The notes beneath the pieces were generated by a model. The model made no database searches. It was not told the DNA's origin and saw only the letters and a program-made list of their open reading frames with translations. This document shows, in pieces, positions 49,963 through 61,556 of a stretch of 64,000 bases of DNA. Each line of letters starts with the position of its first letter. Position 1 is the stretch's first letter. The position numbers and the translations under genes were made by a program. The stretch covers positions 789,014-853,013 of the forward strand of contig NW_003314298.1 of NCBI RefSeq assembly GCF_000143415.4, read 5' to 3'. The DNA is from Selaginella moellendorffii (lineage: Eukaryota; Plantae; Lycopodiophyta).

Positions 49963-51663
49963 ATGTGGCGATGGCTGTGCCGAGGCGCTCCGGGAAGACA
50001 GCCGCAGCCCCACCGGTTTAGATCGGAACCGGCATGGGCTATAGCTGCTCTAGAGCGCACCCAGGTGAAGGTCGAAGTTTGCAATCAAGTCAAGGTGGAC
50101 AAAGGCGCTCCTCCCGCAAAGGCCACGTTCCTGGATCTGCCTGACGATCTTAGCGTAAGCTGGTGGTCTGCGGGGAGACGGAACCGGAAGCTTCTGCTCC
50201 GCAGCTGCTACGATCCCATCTTTAATCTCGTGTGGGAGCACAATGAGGTGGAAGCGGAGCGCTTGGACACTCCTATTGCAGGCGTAGTCTTGCTGGGGAA
50301 TCCAGGGATAGGGAAGACGGGGTTTTTGTGGCTGGCGCTGTGGAAACTGCTGGCCAAGAGGCGCAACATCGTCATAAAGCTCCCTAATGTGGATGACTAC
50401 GTATTTGTCACTTGGAAGGACGGCCAGCTTGAGGTGGAGGAGCGCACGGAGGTCCCGAAAACACTGCCTGACGGTGGTGAAGGTGTGCCCTGGTGGTACC
50501 TGGCTGATACGTTCATACCGAAAAGGGACTGGAGTTTGCACTGCAGGTTTTTGCTCACGTGCTCACCGAAGAAGGCCAATTACTACGAGTTTGCAAAGGC
50601 CGGCAACGTCTGCACGCTGTTTGATCCCATCTGGACAGAAGATGAGCTTCTGGCCCTCAACGAGCACAACTTCGGGCACGATCCAGAGGATGTGAGGAAA
50701 CGCTTCCTGAAGTGGGGTGGTATTCCTCGCTACGTGCTGCAGAAGGTGGGGCCGGAAGCCCAGGCACAGATAAGCGAAGCATTAGGACTGGTGCGAGAGT
50801 TCGACAGGGTTATCAATCACCAAGCGCTACCCGAAGGCCAGAGCCACAAGGCCTTCCATATGGTTGTTGACGAGAGCACGTTCAAGTCTTTCCGTTTAGC
50901 TCCCGCCAGTCCTTACGTCGAAGAGCAGCTCATGCTCAATCTCCCCTTGCCAGGATTGAAGCGTTTCTTGTCGGTCGAGCAACCAGATGGTATCTGGGAC
51001 ATCCAGGGAAAGCTGCTAGAGATCTTTGTGTGCAACATCATCATTCCCAGGGGTGGTAGGATGCAATACAGGGAGCTGCAGCAAGATGGGGAATTCGGGC
51101 CAGTTCTGGCAGGGAGCTACCCTCAGGTTCCTGCAAGCTATCCTCTGGAACGCAGAGGAGGAGGTGGACACGAGGCCGTTTTTCCACGAGAGATCCGGTC
51201 AGACCATAAGGCTGCGCTCTTCAAGCCTTCGTCAGCCAGGAATGCGGAATGGGATTTCATCGCCCACGGAGGCATATATCAGGTAACTGTCACAAAGAAG
51301 CGCGCCTTGGTACTCGGGCCAGCTGTTGAGAAAGCGCTGGACTTCCTGCGACTGTACTACGGTAAAGAGAAACAAGTCGACTTCTACATACTGGTACCGG
51401 GCTTCAATCTGACCGCCTTCACCATTGACTGGTTCGATACCATCAAGCCAGCTGAGAAGGGAAAGAGACGCTCATGCAAGGACAAAAAAGGAATGGTTGA
51501 TGAAGTGATGGACCGAATCAAGCAGCTGAACATTCGGGTGAAGGTAGTCTCGCTGGATATCGGTGACGTGTGCCCGACGTGCATGGGGGCAGGGATCATC
51601 GTGAGAAACTACCAGAGCGATGTCATCTCTTCCTTGTCTTCTTTACGCATGTCGGAGATGTAA
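49963..51663 (+). CDS. Crinkler/RHS-type P-loop NTPase + C-terminal restriction-endonuclease-like protein, intact and intronless (566 aa)
   Basis: Walker A GNPGIGKT, Walker B WYLADT, LTCSP..NYYEFAK, PIWTEDEL, WGGIPRYVL, GKLLE, P...NAEWD...YQVTV. Confidence 0.8.
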   Translation: MWRWLCRGAPGRQPQPHRFRSEPAWAIAALERTQVKVEVCNQVKVDKGAPPAKATFLDLPDDLSVSWWSAGRRNRKLLLRSCYDPIFNLVWEHNEVEAERLDTPIAGVVLLGNPGIGKTGFLWLALWKLLAKRRNIVIKLPNVDDYVFVTWKDGQLEVEERTEVPKTLPDGGEGVPWWYLADTFIPKRDWSLHCRFLLTCSPKKANYYEFAKAGNVCTLFDPIWTEDELLALNEHNFGHDPEDVRKRFLKWGGIPRYVLQKVGPEAQAQISEALGLVREFDRVINHQALPEGQSHKAFHMVVDESTFKSFRLAPASPYVEEQLMLNLPLPGLKRFLSVEQPDGIWDIQGKLLEIFVCNIIIPRGGRMQYRELQQDGEFGPVLAGSYPQVPASYPLERRGGGGHEAVFPREIRSDHKAALFKPSSARNAEWDFIAHGGIYQVTVTKKRALVLGPAVEKALDFLRLYYGKEKQVDFYILVPGFNLTAFTIDWFDTIKPAEKGKRRSCKDKKGMVDEVMDRIKQLNIRVKVVSLDIGDVCPTCMGAGIIVRNYQSDVISSLSSLRMSEM

Positions 51664-52129
51664 GTAATCTGACCAACGAGCAAGGTATGGATCGAAGTCT
51701 ACAACCTTTTCAGTGTGCTTACAATGTCTAACTTGGAACAGTTTGAATTTTTATATCATATAAGTATAAATGCATTGCTAATTTAGTCTAATTTCCTCTT
51801 CATGGCCCCGCACAGAAATGCAATGGATAGAATAAAAGATTCATACAAAGATCTTTTTTAAGTAAGTGAAAAAACCTAAGATAATTTTTAGCATATTCTG
51901 CCAAAGAAAAGGCTGTGGGAGTTTTGACACACTCCACACTTTTGTGAGCTTCATCAAGGGGAAAGAAACATAAAAAATCTTGAACTTTCTGAGTTTGTCT
52001 TCCAGGACCAAGACTACTCATTGTGCTCTTTACAGATGCGTGTGCCAGCAGGATCACTCAACGAACGTTCCGTAGAGAGAATTTTTTATCCGTACAAAGG
52101 GATATATTCTTGAAATTTTTCAGCTCTCA

Positions 52130-53638
52130 TTGCTATTTAGTCTTAGACATGCAGATATCGTCCTGGTGTTCTTCTTTGACAATGACACCTGTCCCCATGC
52201 AAGGCACGCAAATGTCACCAATGTCCAGCAAGACTACAGCTTCTTGATGCTGTCCATGACTTCATTAATCATAACATGTTTGTCCTTTCTCTTTTCCGGC
52301 TTGATGGTATCGAACCAGATTGAAGCGCGGTACCAGTATGCAGAAGTCGACTTGTTTCTCTTTGCCGTAGTACAGTCGCAGGAAGTCCAGAGCTTTCTCA
52401 ACAGCTGGCCCGAGTACCAAGGCCGCTTCTTTGTTAGTTGCCTGATATATACTTCCATTGACGATGAAATCCCACTCTGCGTTCCTGGCTGAAGAAGGCT
52501 TGAAGAGCGCATTCTTATGGTCTAATTGCGGAAAGACAGCCTCATGTCCAGTTCCTCCTTAAACTGTAGCTTGCCACCCCTGGGAACGAGTACGTTGCAG
52601 ACAAAGCTCTCTAGCAGCTTTGCCTGGATATCCCGGATACCATCTGGTTGCTCCACCGACAAAAAACGCTTCAATCCTGGTAATGGGAGATTTGACAGCA
52701 GTTGCTCTTCGACGTAGGCAGGAGCCAAACGGGAAGATGTGAACGTGCTCTCGTCAACAATTGTATGAAACGCCTTGCGAGCTGGATCGTCCGGCAGTGC
52801 CTGGAGCATTATAATCTTGTCAAAATCTCTCACCAGTCCAATGGCACGGCTTATCTCTGCCTGGGCTTCCGGCCACACCTTCTCCAGCACGTACCGAGGC
52901 GTACCACCCCACTTCAGGAAGCGTTTCCTCACTTCCTCTGGATCATGTCCGAAGTTGTGCTCGTTGAGGGCCAGAAGCTCATCTTCTGTCCAGACGGGAT
53001 CGAGCAGCATGCGCACGCACGTTGCCAGCCTTTGCAAACTTGGCCTTCTTTGGTGAGCACGTGAGCAAAAATCCTGCAGTACAAACTCCAGCCGCAGCTT
53101 GGTATAAACGTATCAGCCAGGTACTACCAGGGCACACCTTCACCACCGCCATTTAATGTGTTCGGGACCTCACTGTGCTTGTCCACTTTAAGCTGGTCGT
53201 TCTCCCAAGTGACAAATACGTAGTCATCCGTAGTAGGGAGTTTTATGATGATGTTGCGCCTCTTGGCCAGCAGTTTCCATAGCGACAGCCACAACTATCC
53301 CTGGATTCCCCAGCAAGATTACGCCTCGATTAGGAACGTCCAAGCTCTCCGCTTCCACCTCATTATGCTCCCACACGAGATCAAAGATGGGATCGTAGCA
53401 GCTGCGGACTAGAAGCTTTCGGTTCGGTTTCCCCGCAGACCACCAGCCTTCGCTAAGATCGTCAGGCAGATCCAAAAACTTGGCTTGTGCGGGAGGAGCG
53501 CCTTTGTCCACCTTGACTTGATTGCAAACTTCGACACTTCACCTGGGTGCGCTCTAAAGCAGTTATAACTCTTACCCGATCCGATCTGAAATGGTGCGGC
53601 TGCCTTCGCGGAGAGCCTCGGCACAGCCATCGCCACAT
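52130..53638 (-). pseudogene. Inverted, frameshifted paralog of the 49963-51663 NTPase-REase gene
   Basis: Same ATGTGGCGATGGCTGTGCCGAGG start; shared peptides (WTEDELLALNEHNFGHDPE, PLPGLKRFLSVEQPDG); Walker A GKT deleted. Confidence 0.9.
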
Positions 53639-53687
53639 GATTGCTTAGGGCTTGGGTGCATCTATGGAATTTTTCTTATGCTCAGCT

Positions 53688-54670
53688 TTACATTTTTTGT
53701 GCTTCGACGAGCTCCATCTTGTGCACGGCCGCGAATCATGGATCGTCTGGCCGGACACCCCCAGGCTGGAAGCATGTCGCATTGTGAACGCCAATGCCTC
53801 AGCTGTAGCCCAATCCACTCCGTCTCCCGCCTCAATGCTCACACATCCTCTTGATCGCTCTATGCGGCGATTTTCTTGCCAACCTCTGGTTTGACACTGC
53901 AGTCAGAACACCGACACATGTAAGAAACAAAGACGAAAGTCTAAACTTACCCGGTGTTTCTTAACCGTGACAACTGCTCCGGACCCGTGAAGCCCGTCCA
54001 ATATCAGTCCTATGACTTAGGAGTAGTCTTCGCTTAAAATCGCATACACTTTGTCATGGATTTTTTTCACGGTCTCCTCACTGATCGTCATGACCACTTT
54101 CAACGAGTTTCTTCTTGACCTGCACATAAAAAAAAAAACAAGCCATCAAGAACTAGCAAATCGAGACAAAGTTGTGCTTACCTGGTACATTTTTGGTCGA
54201 GTGAACAATGGCTCCTCTATCTCATTGTGACCCCACAACATCCGACATGAACTGGCACCTCCATTTTGCGGCCAGGCATGGACGATAGCTCATCTCCATT
54301 CAGGGGAAAGATAGGAGCGTTCAAAGCCTTGGCAACGTCCGTGCAGTAAGGCAAGGAGCGACTGCTCGGTGGTGTAGTTTGGAAGATCGCTCAAGTGCAG
54401 CATCACCTTGGCCAGAGAAGCTATCTCCATGAAACAAAATCGCCATGTTCTTCTTCCTCTTGTAGTCGTCGCCACAACCGGGTCCACAGCTTCCAGGTGA
54501 CTGGGATTCACAACGAGCGAGAGATGGATGTGCTTCCCAGTCCTGGTCGGTCTGTTGTAGGACGTTCCTAGATGGTACTTGACATCACCACTTCCACTGT
54601 AGCCCCACCCTCGGCCCTCCAGCAAACTCGCTAAATATTTGCCGCAGAGGCTTCCTACAACGTTTCCCAG
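53688..54670 (-). pseudogene. Second, inverted OGDH E1 relic
   Basis: Near-identical reverse complement of about 46020-46910 plus the 3' end near 47600-47643 ([32 protein letters not shown]). Confidence 0.9.
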
Positions 54671-55004
54671 TGCCAGTTCTTCTCCCTCCTGAAGAAGTTG
54701 CTCGAATGTTTGTGGAGCAACAACAAGCATATTAGTGACGGCATGAAAATTTAGAACAGAACAATGTCACTATGAGAGCAATGCTAATTGAGCGAGTGTG
54801 TTTAGAGGATATCGTGAAGGTGAAAAATTTCTAAAATAGCAGCTGCAACTCTCCAACAATTCAGTCTTTGGTGACAGAGATGAGCCTCTTCCGTCAGATT
54901 TTGAACTGCCGGCATGATTGCTATGGTATCTTGCTGATGACACACTGGTTCACGGTTCAAATCTCGGTGACGATATTGGAGAAGGTACTGAACCTTTGAT
55001 AGGA

Positions 55005-55440
55005 TGGTGACAGTGGGCTTCTTCTGAAGGAATGGAAGTTGATTCTTCCAAAGCTTTTTGCTTGGCTTCAGCAAGATCTTCATCAGCAGACTTCTTGTTC
55101 CTCTCTTGGACAGCCTTGCTAGCCCTGAAGAAAGCAACATCTTTCTGGAAAGCAGCTCTCCTTTCACCAACCAACTTTCCAAGTTCAACTTTAACCAAAG
55201 GCTCGACATCAGAAGAAATTCCCTCAAGAGAAGTCTGAACAATATGCCCAAACCTGGTATCAAATAAGGAGAGAGCAGCATCAGGAGAGATTAATTGCTG
55301 GTCCTTCAACACTGCCTTGGAGTCTTGATTCAAAGCAATCTAGGTACCTCACCCTTGACAAGTTTAGCTTGCAAAGTTTGATAACCATTTAGACTTGCAG
55401 TGTTGAATTCCTGTTTGGAATTCTGAATAACCAAATCAAA
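55005..55440 (-). repeat. Dispersed repeat copy A (unassigned degenerate ORF)
   Basis: QQLISPDAALSLFDTR...AEAKQKALEESTSIPSEEA shared with 59040-59535. Confidence 0.8.
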
Positions 55441-56149
55441 AAAGCTCCGGGGTCGTCATGCCATGAGGAGCAGGGTCGTGCTAGGTCCAGCAGCAAGGCT
55501 TGGACCAGCGATGCTTGGTCCAGCCATAGTGCTCGCTGAAGAAACGAACATTGCAGCACATGCCCGAGCAGCATGAGTTGCATGAGCTCCCGGAAGTAGC
55601 ACGAACGGGAGCTGGAGACAAACTCATGCTGTTTGAAGAGGCCATTCGCTGCAGATCGAAGCTGAAAGAGCTAGAGGATGAATCCCTATCTCTCTGTTCA
55701 GCATTATCATCTACTCCCGCATGAGTATCAACGTTCATGCATTCACACGTGTGATTTTCAGAGTAGTTATTGATAGCAGAGAGCATTACTTTGCTTCTCT
55801 CTGTCAAAAGCTTCTTTCTCAGCAGTTAAAAGTTGTTACAAGTTCAAAATTTAAACTTCTAGCTTTTGCACTTGTTAATTACAAACGGCAGAACTAGTTG
55901 TTCTTTAATTTGATCATGAGTTGAAGCTTGTGTCTCATGCTGAGAAGCAGGAGGGACGACGCACTCCATTGTCTGGCATGATTTTCATGCTGCGAACTAG
56001 GAGTGGCGACTCACTCCATTGTCCAAGCATTCTTTTCATCTTCATTCTCAGTATTCGGTTCATTTGTTGCCATCAAAGACTCAAAGTAAACTTCATCATA
56101 GAGTTTTCTTGTCACATGATTTAATTCCTGTTCATCCAGTGAATCTACT

Positions 56150-56720
56150 ACTAATTCCAAACGTGACAAAGTTTATGGCAATGGAGAGTTACTCCCATGT
56201 CATGCACATCAGCTCCACTGTATCTCTTAGAGTAAAAAAAAAAACCTTTTTTTTTTCTTTTTTCTTTCTCCCAGTTGCAAGACAGCTTAACTTCGTGGGA
56301 CACTCTTCGTGCCGCTTTGCCCGTGGGAACGGTCGGTGGAGCTCCAAAGGTAAGCATTGCTGAACATATGTCATTACTGTCATCAAATTCTCAATATCAT
56401 TCAGGTAAGAGCCTTGCAAATAATGACACGCCGTACAGTGGTGGAATTGGAGGGATCGTTTCAATGGTGACGTGGATATTGCTCTTGCACTTAGCACGAT
56501 GGTGTTCCCAACATCATCAACATCACAAAGTGCCACTAAGTGCGACGTGAATGGTCGGTTCACCTCCAATCTGGAGCCGGCGTAGTGGCAAACTCGGACC
56601 CAGTATATTGAAATAGTGAATAAAGCGGCTGGTCTGGGAGGGGCCATTGATCTTGCTGAAGCAGCTTTTGATGAATCCAAGCAAGTGACAAGAGTTGCAG
56701 CTTCTTCCACTTCTACTGTA
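56150..56720 (+). pseudogene. Anthranilate synthase alpha subunit C-terminal relic with introns
   Basis: YSHVMHISSTV, SWDTLRAALPVGTVGGAPK, PYSGGIG, DIALAL, HLQSGAGVVA, NKAAGL..AIDLAE. Confidence 0.88.
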
Positions 56721-57509
56721 AGCTGCTTTCTTTCTCGTTTTTCTTTTTAATTTTTCTTTTTTCTGACTAGTGCTGATTTAAATTTGACTGTTCATTGTAA
56801 ATGAAACATCGAGCGCATTGCAGAGAGGGCAACTCCTGTAAGAGATGCCTGTCAGCCAGCTGAAATTGAAATCAAACCCTCAAAAGTGTGCAGGTGATCC
56901 GAGGTCCTGTGAAAAACCATGACGTTTACGATGTTGGATATATATATGTGTAGCGGCTCTCTGGTCTCTGGTTCATCCTGTCTGGCTCCAACCATCGTCG
57001 CTGCAGCTGCCTTCTCGGTTTCCAGACGCGAGACATGCTTGACCAGCACACTTTTGAGGGTTTGAATATATATATATATTCCGCCATCGAGCAGCTGCTT
57101 CAATTCAATTATTGAACAAAAGGGGACATACCTGATTTAAGAAAGAGCCGCACTCCCAGATTTCATCTTCCTGATCCTGTTCTTCCTGAAAGCGGTGGTT
57201 AAGAAAAAAAAACAAATATACTTGGATTAGATTCCTGGGTCAGAAGCAAAAAATGGTATAACAAAATGCAACTTGCTCAGGTTCATCAATCGTCAATTAC
57301 GTACCTTGTTGATTCATACATTCATGAGCGGCCATAGCCTGTTCCCTCTTCCTACTTATTTCTCCCTAGCAAAACTCCACACAGGGCGGAGAGAAAATCA
57401 GAAAATATCGTATATTTTCATAGCCTAGGGAAAGGTATATAACCCGAATATACCCTAAATCATGAGACCGCAAAGCCAAGTAGATTCGTTTAAAGTGGGA
57501 AGCTATCAA

Positions 57510-58411
57510 CACAGCTTTATTGGCGTGTAAAACTTCCGGTTCCCCAGTATCCTCTGCAACTAAAAAAAAAAAGAAGCAAGAATTAGCAAGAACAACGAAA
57601 AGAAGTGAATACGATATACCTGAGCCTTAAGCAATACCTCCTCATAACCCCATGCCCGCTTCTTTGCGCATCACAACGCTGTGAGACCATCTTTGTCCTC
57701 AACGTTCACATCTTTGGCATTGTCCACAAGCACTTTGAAAGTGCCTAGGGGTACCATGGAATGGACTGCTTCAATGAGAGGAACCCGACCTGCAGAATCT
57801 GCCTCGCATGGGTCTGCTGCCTGCAGCAAAGCTCGCACCAGTTCATCATCCTTCACATCCAAAGCCTTGTTGAAATCCTCAACGCATATCGGACCTGTTG
57901 AAGGAACCTGCTGCAGTACCGGGCAACAAAAGCCACGAGCATCTAAAAGGAAAAGAAACGAAAACAAAACCATATCAATCAGGAGCACACCTTTTAAATC
58001 TTTGTCTGCACCTTCATCAAGAAACCACCTGACCATGTCACCGTTTCTCACCCTGCAAGCTTCCACCTAGAACAAAACTGAGCGTGCGTTCAGCGTGTGA
58101 CAACTTACCAAGGCCACATGTAAACTTCGTCACGTCGTCAAGGTTGTCAACACAAGCAGCATCACAGAGCAGTTGAAGAATCTCATCGTCAAACAGGCCT
58201 GTGTACAGGTCCCCATGCTGCAACAGAGATCAGTCACGCGAGTTGATGACTGACAAAACATTAAGGGTGAAGCAAAAGGACCAAGGTCCACGTACTCCGG
58301 CTTGTTCAAGACCTCGTCAAACTTCTTCGCGTGCTTGACCGAGTCATCAGCTAGAAGAATTACAGTCTCGGTGCAATGGTCGGAGGTGATGTACTCTCTG
58401 CATGTCTTCAT
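57510..58411 (-). pseudogene. Ankyrin-repeat gene relic
   Basis: MVRWFLDEGADKD, DSAGRVPLIEAV, DVNVEDKDGLTAL* (premature stop); GT-AG introns. Confidence 0.65.
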
Positions 58412-59039
58412 CGTTGTCGGCAGATCATCTGAGGCACCCAGAAGCTCAACGACTACTGCAGCGTTGGGCGGAAGAATTTTGCCGGCGACGTTCGGCCTGT
58501 CAAGGATGACAAAGCAATCCGGGCGGCAAGCCGTTTAGAGGACTTCGCTTCTAGTGAGTGAAAGAATGTCACTCCTACAAGGGCTCTGGGACGAACTCCC
58601 AGGGAAATCACTCGAGTTCAGCATTTCAACATGTTGGGCGTGGAGTAAAGCCTTCGGATCTGCAATGGGCGCTTCTCCTTGCTCGTGGATTAGGGCCTGT
58701 TAGGGTTCTAAGGGCGCGAGAACAAGGCGGCGGTGCAAGGTTTGCGGCAGCAGCAGCCAGGAACTCTTTAGTTCCCTTCTTCTCCCCTCTTCACCAAAAA
58801 ACAAAATGGAGAAAATGGAAAAACAATGGAAGAGGAGAATCGGAATGGAAAATGTGGTCGGAAGACGAAGGCGAGTGTGGAGCTCAAGACTGATGTTGAA
58901 CGATTCGAGAAATCCCTTGGGCCTGGATCCCCTTATATATCTAGACGGGCGTTTGGGGAGACGACTCAGCATGGTTGATGATGTGGCAGTTGACTCATCT
59001 CTCATCTGATTGCTTGTTGATGACATGGTTCGAATCTTG

Positions 59040-59580
59040 GATAGTGACAATGGCTTCTTCTGAAGGAATGGAAGTTGATTCCTCCAAAGCTCTTTGCTTG
59101 GCTTCAGCAAGAGCTTCATCAACAGATTTCTTGTTCCTCTCTTGGTTAGCCTTGCTGGCCCTGAAGAAAGCAACATCTTGCTAGAAACACTTTCCAAAAG
59201 AAATTCCCACAAGAGAAAACAACCTGGTATCAAATAAGGAAAGAGCAGCATCAGGAGAGATTAATTGCTGGTAGTGCACGACTTCCTCTTGTCTTGCTGC
59301 CATCACGATTCTGGTCACCTCAAGAAGATGCTTGTGATGAAAATTAGCAATCTTGGCATTGCAAGCTTTTTGGATCTTCTTATCCTTCAACACAGCCTTA
59401 GGAGTCTTGATACAAAGGAATCTAAGTACCTCACTGTTGACAAAGTTTAGCTTAGCTTGCAAAGTTTGATAACCATTGTAGCTCAAAGAATTTGATCTGA
59501 ATTCCTGTTTAAAATTCTGAGGAACCAAATCAAACAGGCTGGTGAGCTCAGCAGAGGAAGAAAAGCTTTTTGCAAGCACC
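59040..59580 (-). repeat. Dispersed repeat copy B
   Basis: Direct-orientation homolog of 55005-55440 with different deletions. Confidence 0.8.
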
Positions 59581-59739
59581 CACTCACAACTAGATGGCTA
59601 ATCTAAGCTTGAATCTAAGCCTGGATTGTGCTTAATTAATCTGAGATGATGAGCATGAAGAGTTGATGAGAAAAGCATATGAAAAAACTTATTAGTCAAT
59701 TACTCAAAACTTCGTTCTTGGCTTTGGCCTTATTTGCAC

Positions 59740-60600
59740 AAACTTTTACTCTTCAGTATGGTTTCAATTTTGCCATTAGCATGTGGTCTTCGCTATGAAT
59801 TGCTAAGTTCCCACTTCTAGGCACTTGAATTTCCATAAACATCCTTCCCAAAATTGTTGGAGATTCTTGATTAAAATTGCTATGTAATGTTCTTGAATCT
59901 TGATCCAATTTTTCATATATTCTACTTGTTGCCACTTGTTGGTCAACACCTCTTTATAGCTTAGTGCCTTAATATAACGCCCCAAGCATTTAACACATTC
60001 CACAAAAGTCTCCAACATTGCAAAAAAGCGTGCAATCAAGATGTTCATCCTCCTCTATGTCATTGGCTTCTTGGCCAACAAGTGCCATGCCCAGGATCAA
60101 AGAGTTAATTGCTCTGATACCATGAAAGCAACAGAGAAATGTGCACATGGGGAAGAATAACTCTCTCTATATTAACTGTATATGAATGGGGACATATGTA
60201 TAGAAATTACTGCCACATGGGCATAACTATACATGCCATATTAGCTCTACCTCCATCTGCCACTATCTTGGCATAATGAGCATTGCCATGAGTCTTGAGG
60301 ATTGCAGCAAAGTTGTCTGAGTGTGCACCACAAGAAAATTCCTGTGAATGTGATCTCGTCTGGAAAAAGGAGAGGGCGATGGAGTTGCCACTGGTTTGCA
60401 TTGCGTGGCAGCATTCCAGTAGCGAGTTACTGCTGATAGAAGCATCGCCCTTGACAGAGAGTTTCTCTCTCAAACATAGATTCTACTTCCTCGAGACTGG
60501 AGGCATAACCACCATTCATTTAGAATGGTGTTGTAAGTTTTTCTCTGTCAATGCTGTGGCCAATAAGTTGATTTGTATGTTATGTACATCCCAGAAGAGA
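59740..60600 (-). mobile_element. LTR-retrotransposon remnant (LTR end + tRNA-iMet PBS); boundaries uncertain
   Basis: Minus strand ...CA followed by TGGTATCAGAGC at 60122-60111. Confidence 0.55.
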
Positions 60601-60665
60601 ACTCAACCAAGCGAAGCTGGTTTCCGAGAAGAATGAAAAAAAACAAGAAAGAAATTAGCAAAAGC

Positions 60666-61477
60666 CTACTGTGGTTGCACGCCATGACTGCGCTCTCCCG
60701 CATCAGTTGTTGGATCGTCCAGGCACCGCTCTACGTGCTTTCTCGCGGGACAGCCTCTCAAGCTGCTGCATTTGTAGTAGCCCCTGCAAGAAGACCCAAG
60801 CTTGTTTATACTTGTTCTTCACTAAAGAAAAAGAGTCCTCTAAGAGCTTACCTTGGATGCGGAGAGCCTTTGATACCCGCTTGACTCGCTTTCTGGTGCG
60901 TGCCACCATCTAAAAACATTTTTTCTACGAAAGAGAGTGACCTATTTGAGAGATGCTACTGACCTGGTGCGCTTGAAGCCATGGCACTTGCCTGTCGAGA
61001 ATGCTCGCGGCCGAGCATTTTTCAACGGGATGGCTGCTCTTGGGAGGAACCGGCTTGAAAATGGTCCCATTGGTGACGCTGTTCTCGAAGAGCCCGCCGT
61101 TTGTGACGCTCCCCTCGAGGCTCAGGGACGAGATGAACGATCTGGACGACGAAGGTGGCGGGCTGGAGCTCATGGAATTATCGGAGCTGAAGCACATCGA
61201 TCCAAGAGCGAGCTCCGTCCCAGCTGCTGGCTCTTCTTTGGCGAGTTTCTGAATGCTCTCCGGCTGCTCGTCCTTGGGGGAGTGATTCATGGTCATTGCG
61301 TTGGGTTGTGTTGGCCCTTTCCTGAAAGAATTCACCCTTTTGAACTGCAACATTGCCGAGGACGCTGCGAGGCTATAACAAGGGAGGCCTGTCTCTGGAT
61401 AGAATGGCGAATCAATCGATGGACGTTCTCCAGGCCAGCTTTTGCAGCTCGTATGGCTATGGCTGCCGCTAATACAT
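60666..61477 (-). pseudogene. Group IId WRKY relic lacking the WRKYGQK segment
   Basis: AAKAGLENVHRLI, FKRVNS/FRKGP, SFISSLSLEGSVTNG, GKCHGFKRTR, RKRVKR/IKGSPHPR|[24 protein letters not shown]. Confidence 0.88.
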
Positions 61478-61556
61478 GCACCGGTCCGTTTAGGGCACCA
61501 CCCATTTTTTTTGTTTATTTTTTTGTTCTTATTTTTTATAATTTAGGGTCTGGGCG

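Noticed and set aside
57424-57455. Hairpin ggtatat-n7-atatacc near CTAG on the minus strand
   Set aside because: AT-rich stem, short spacing, and not followed by T; not a convincing Helitron end
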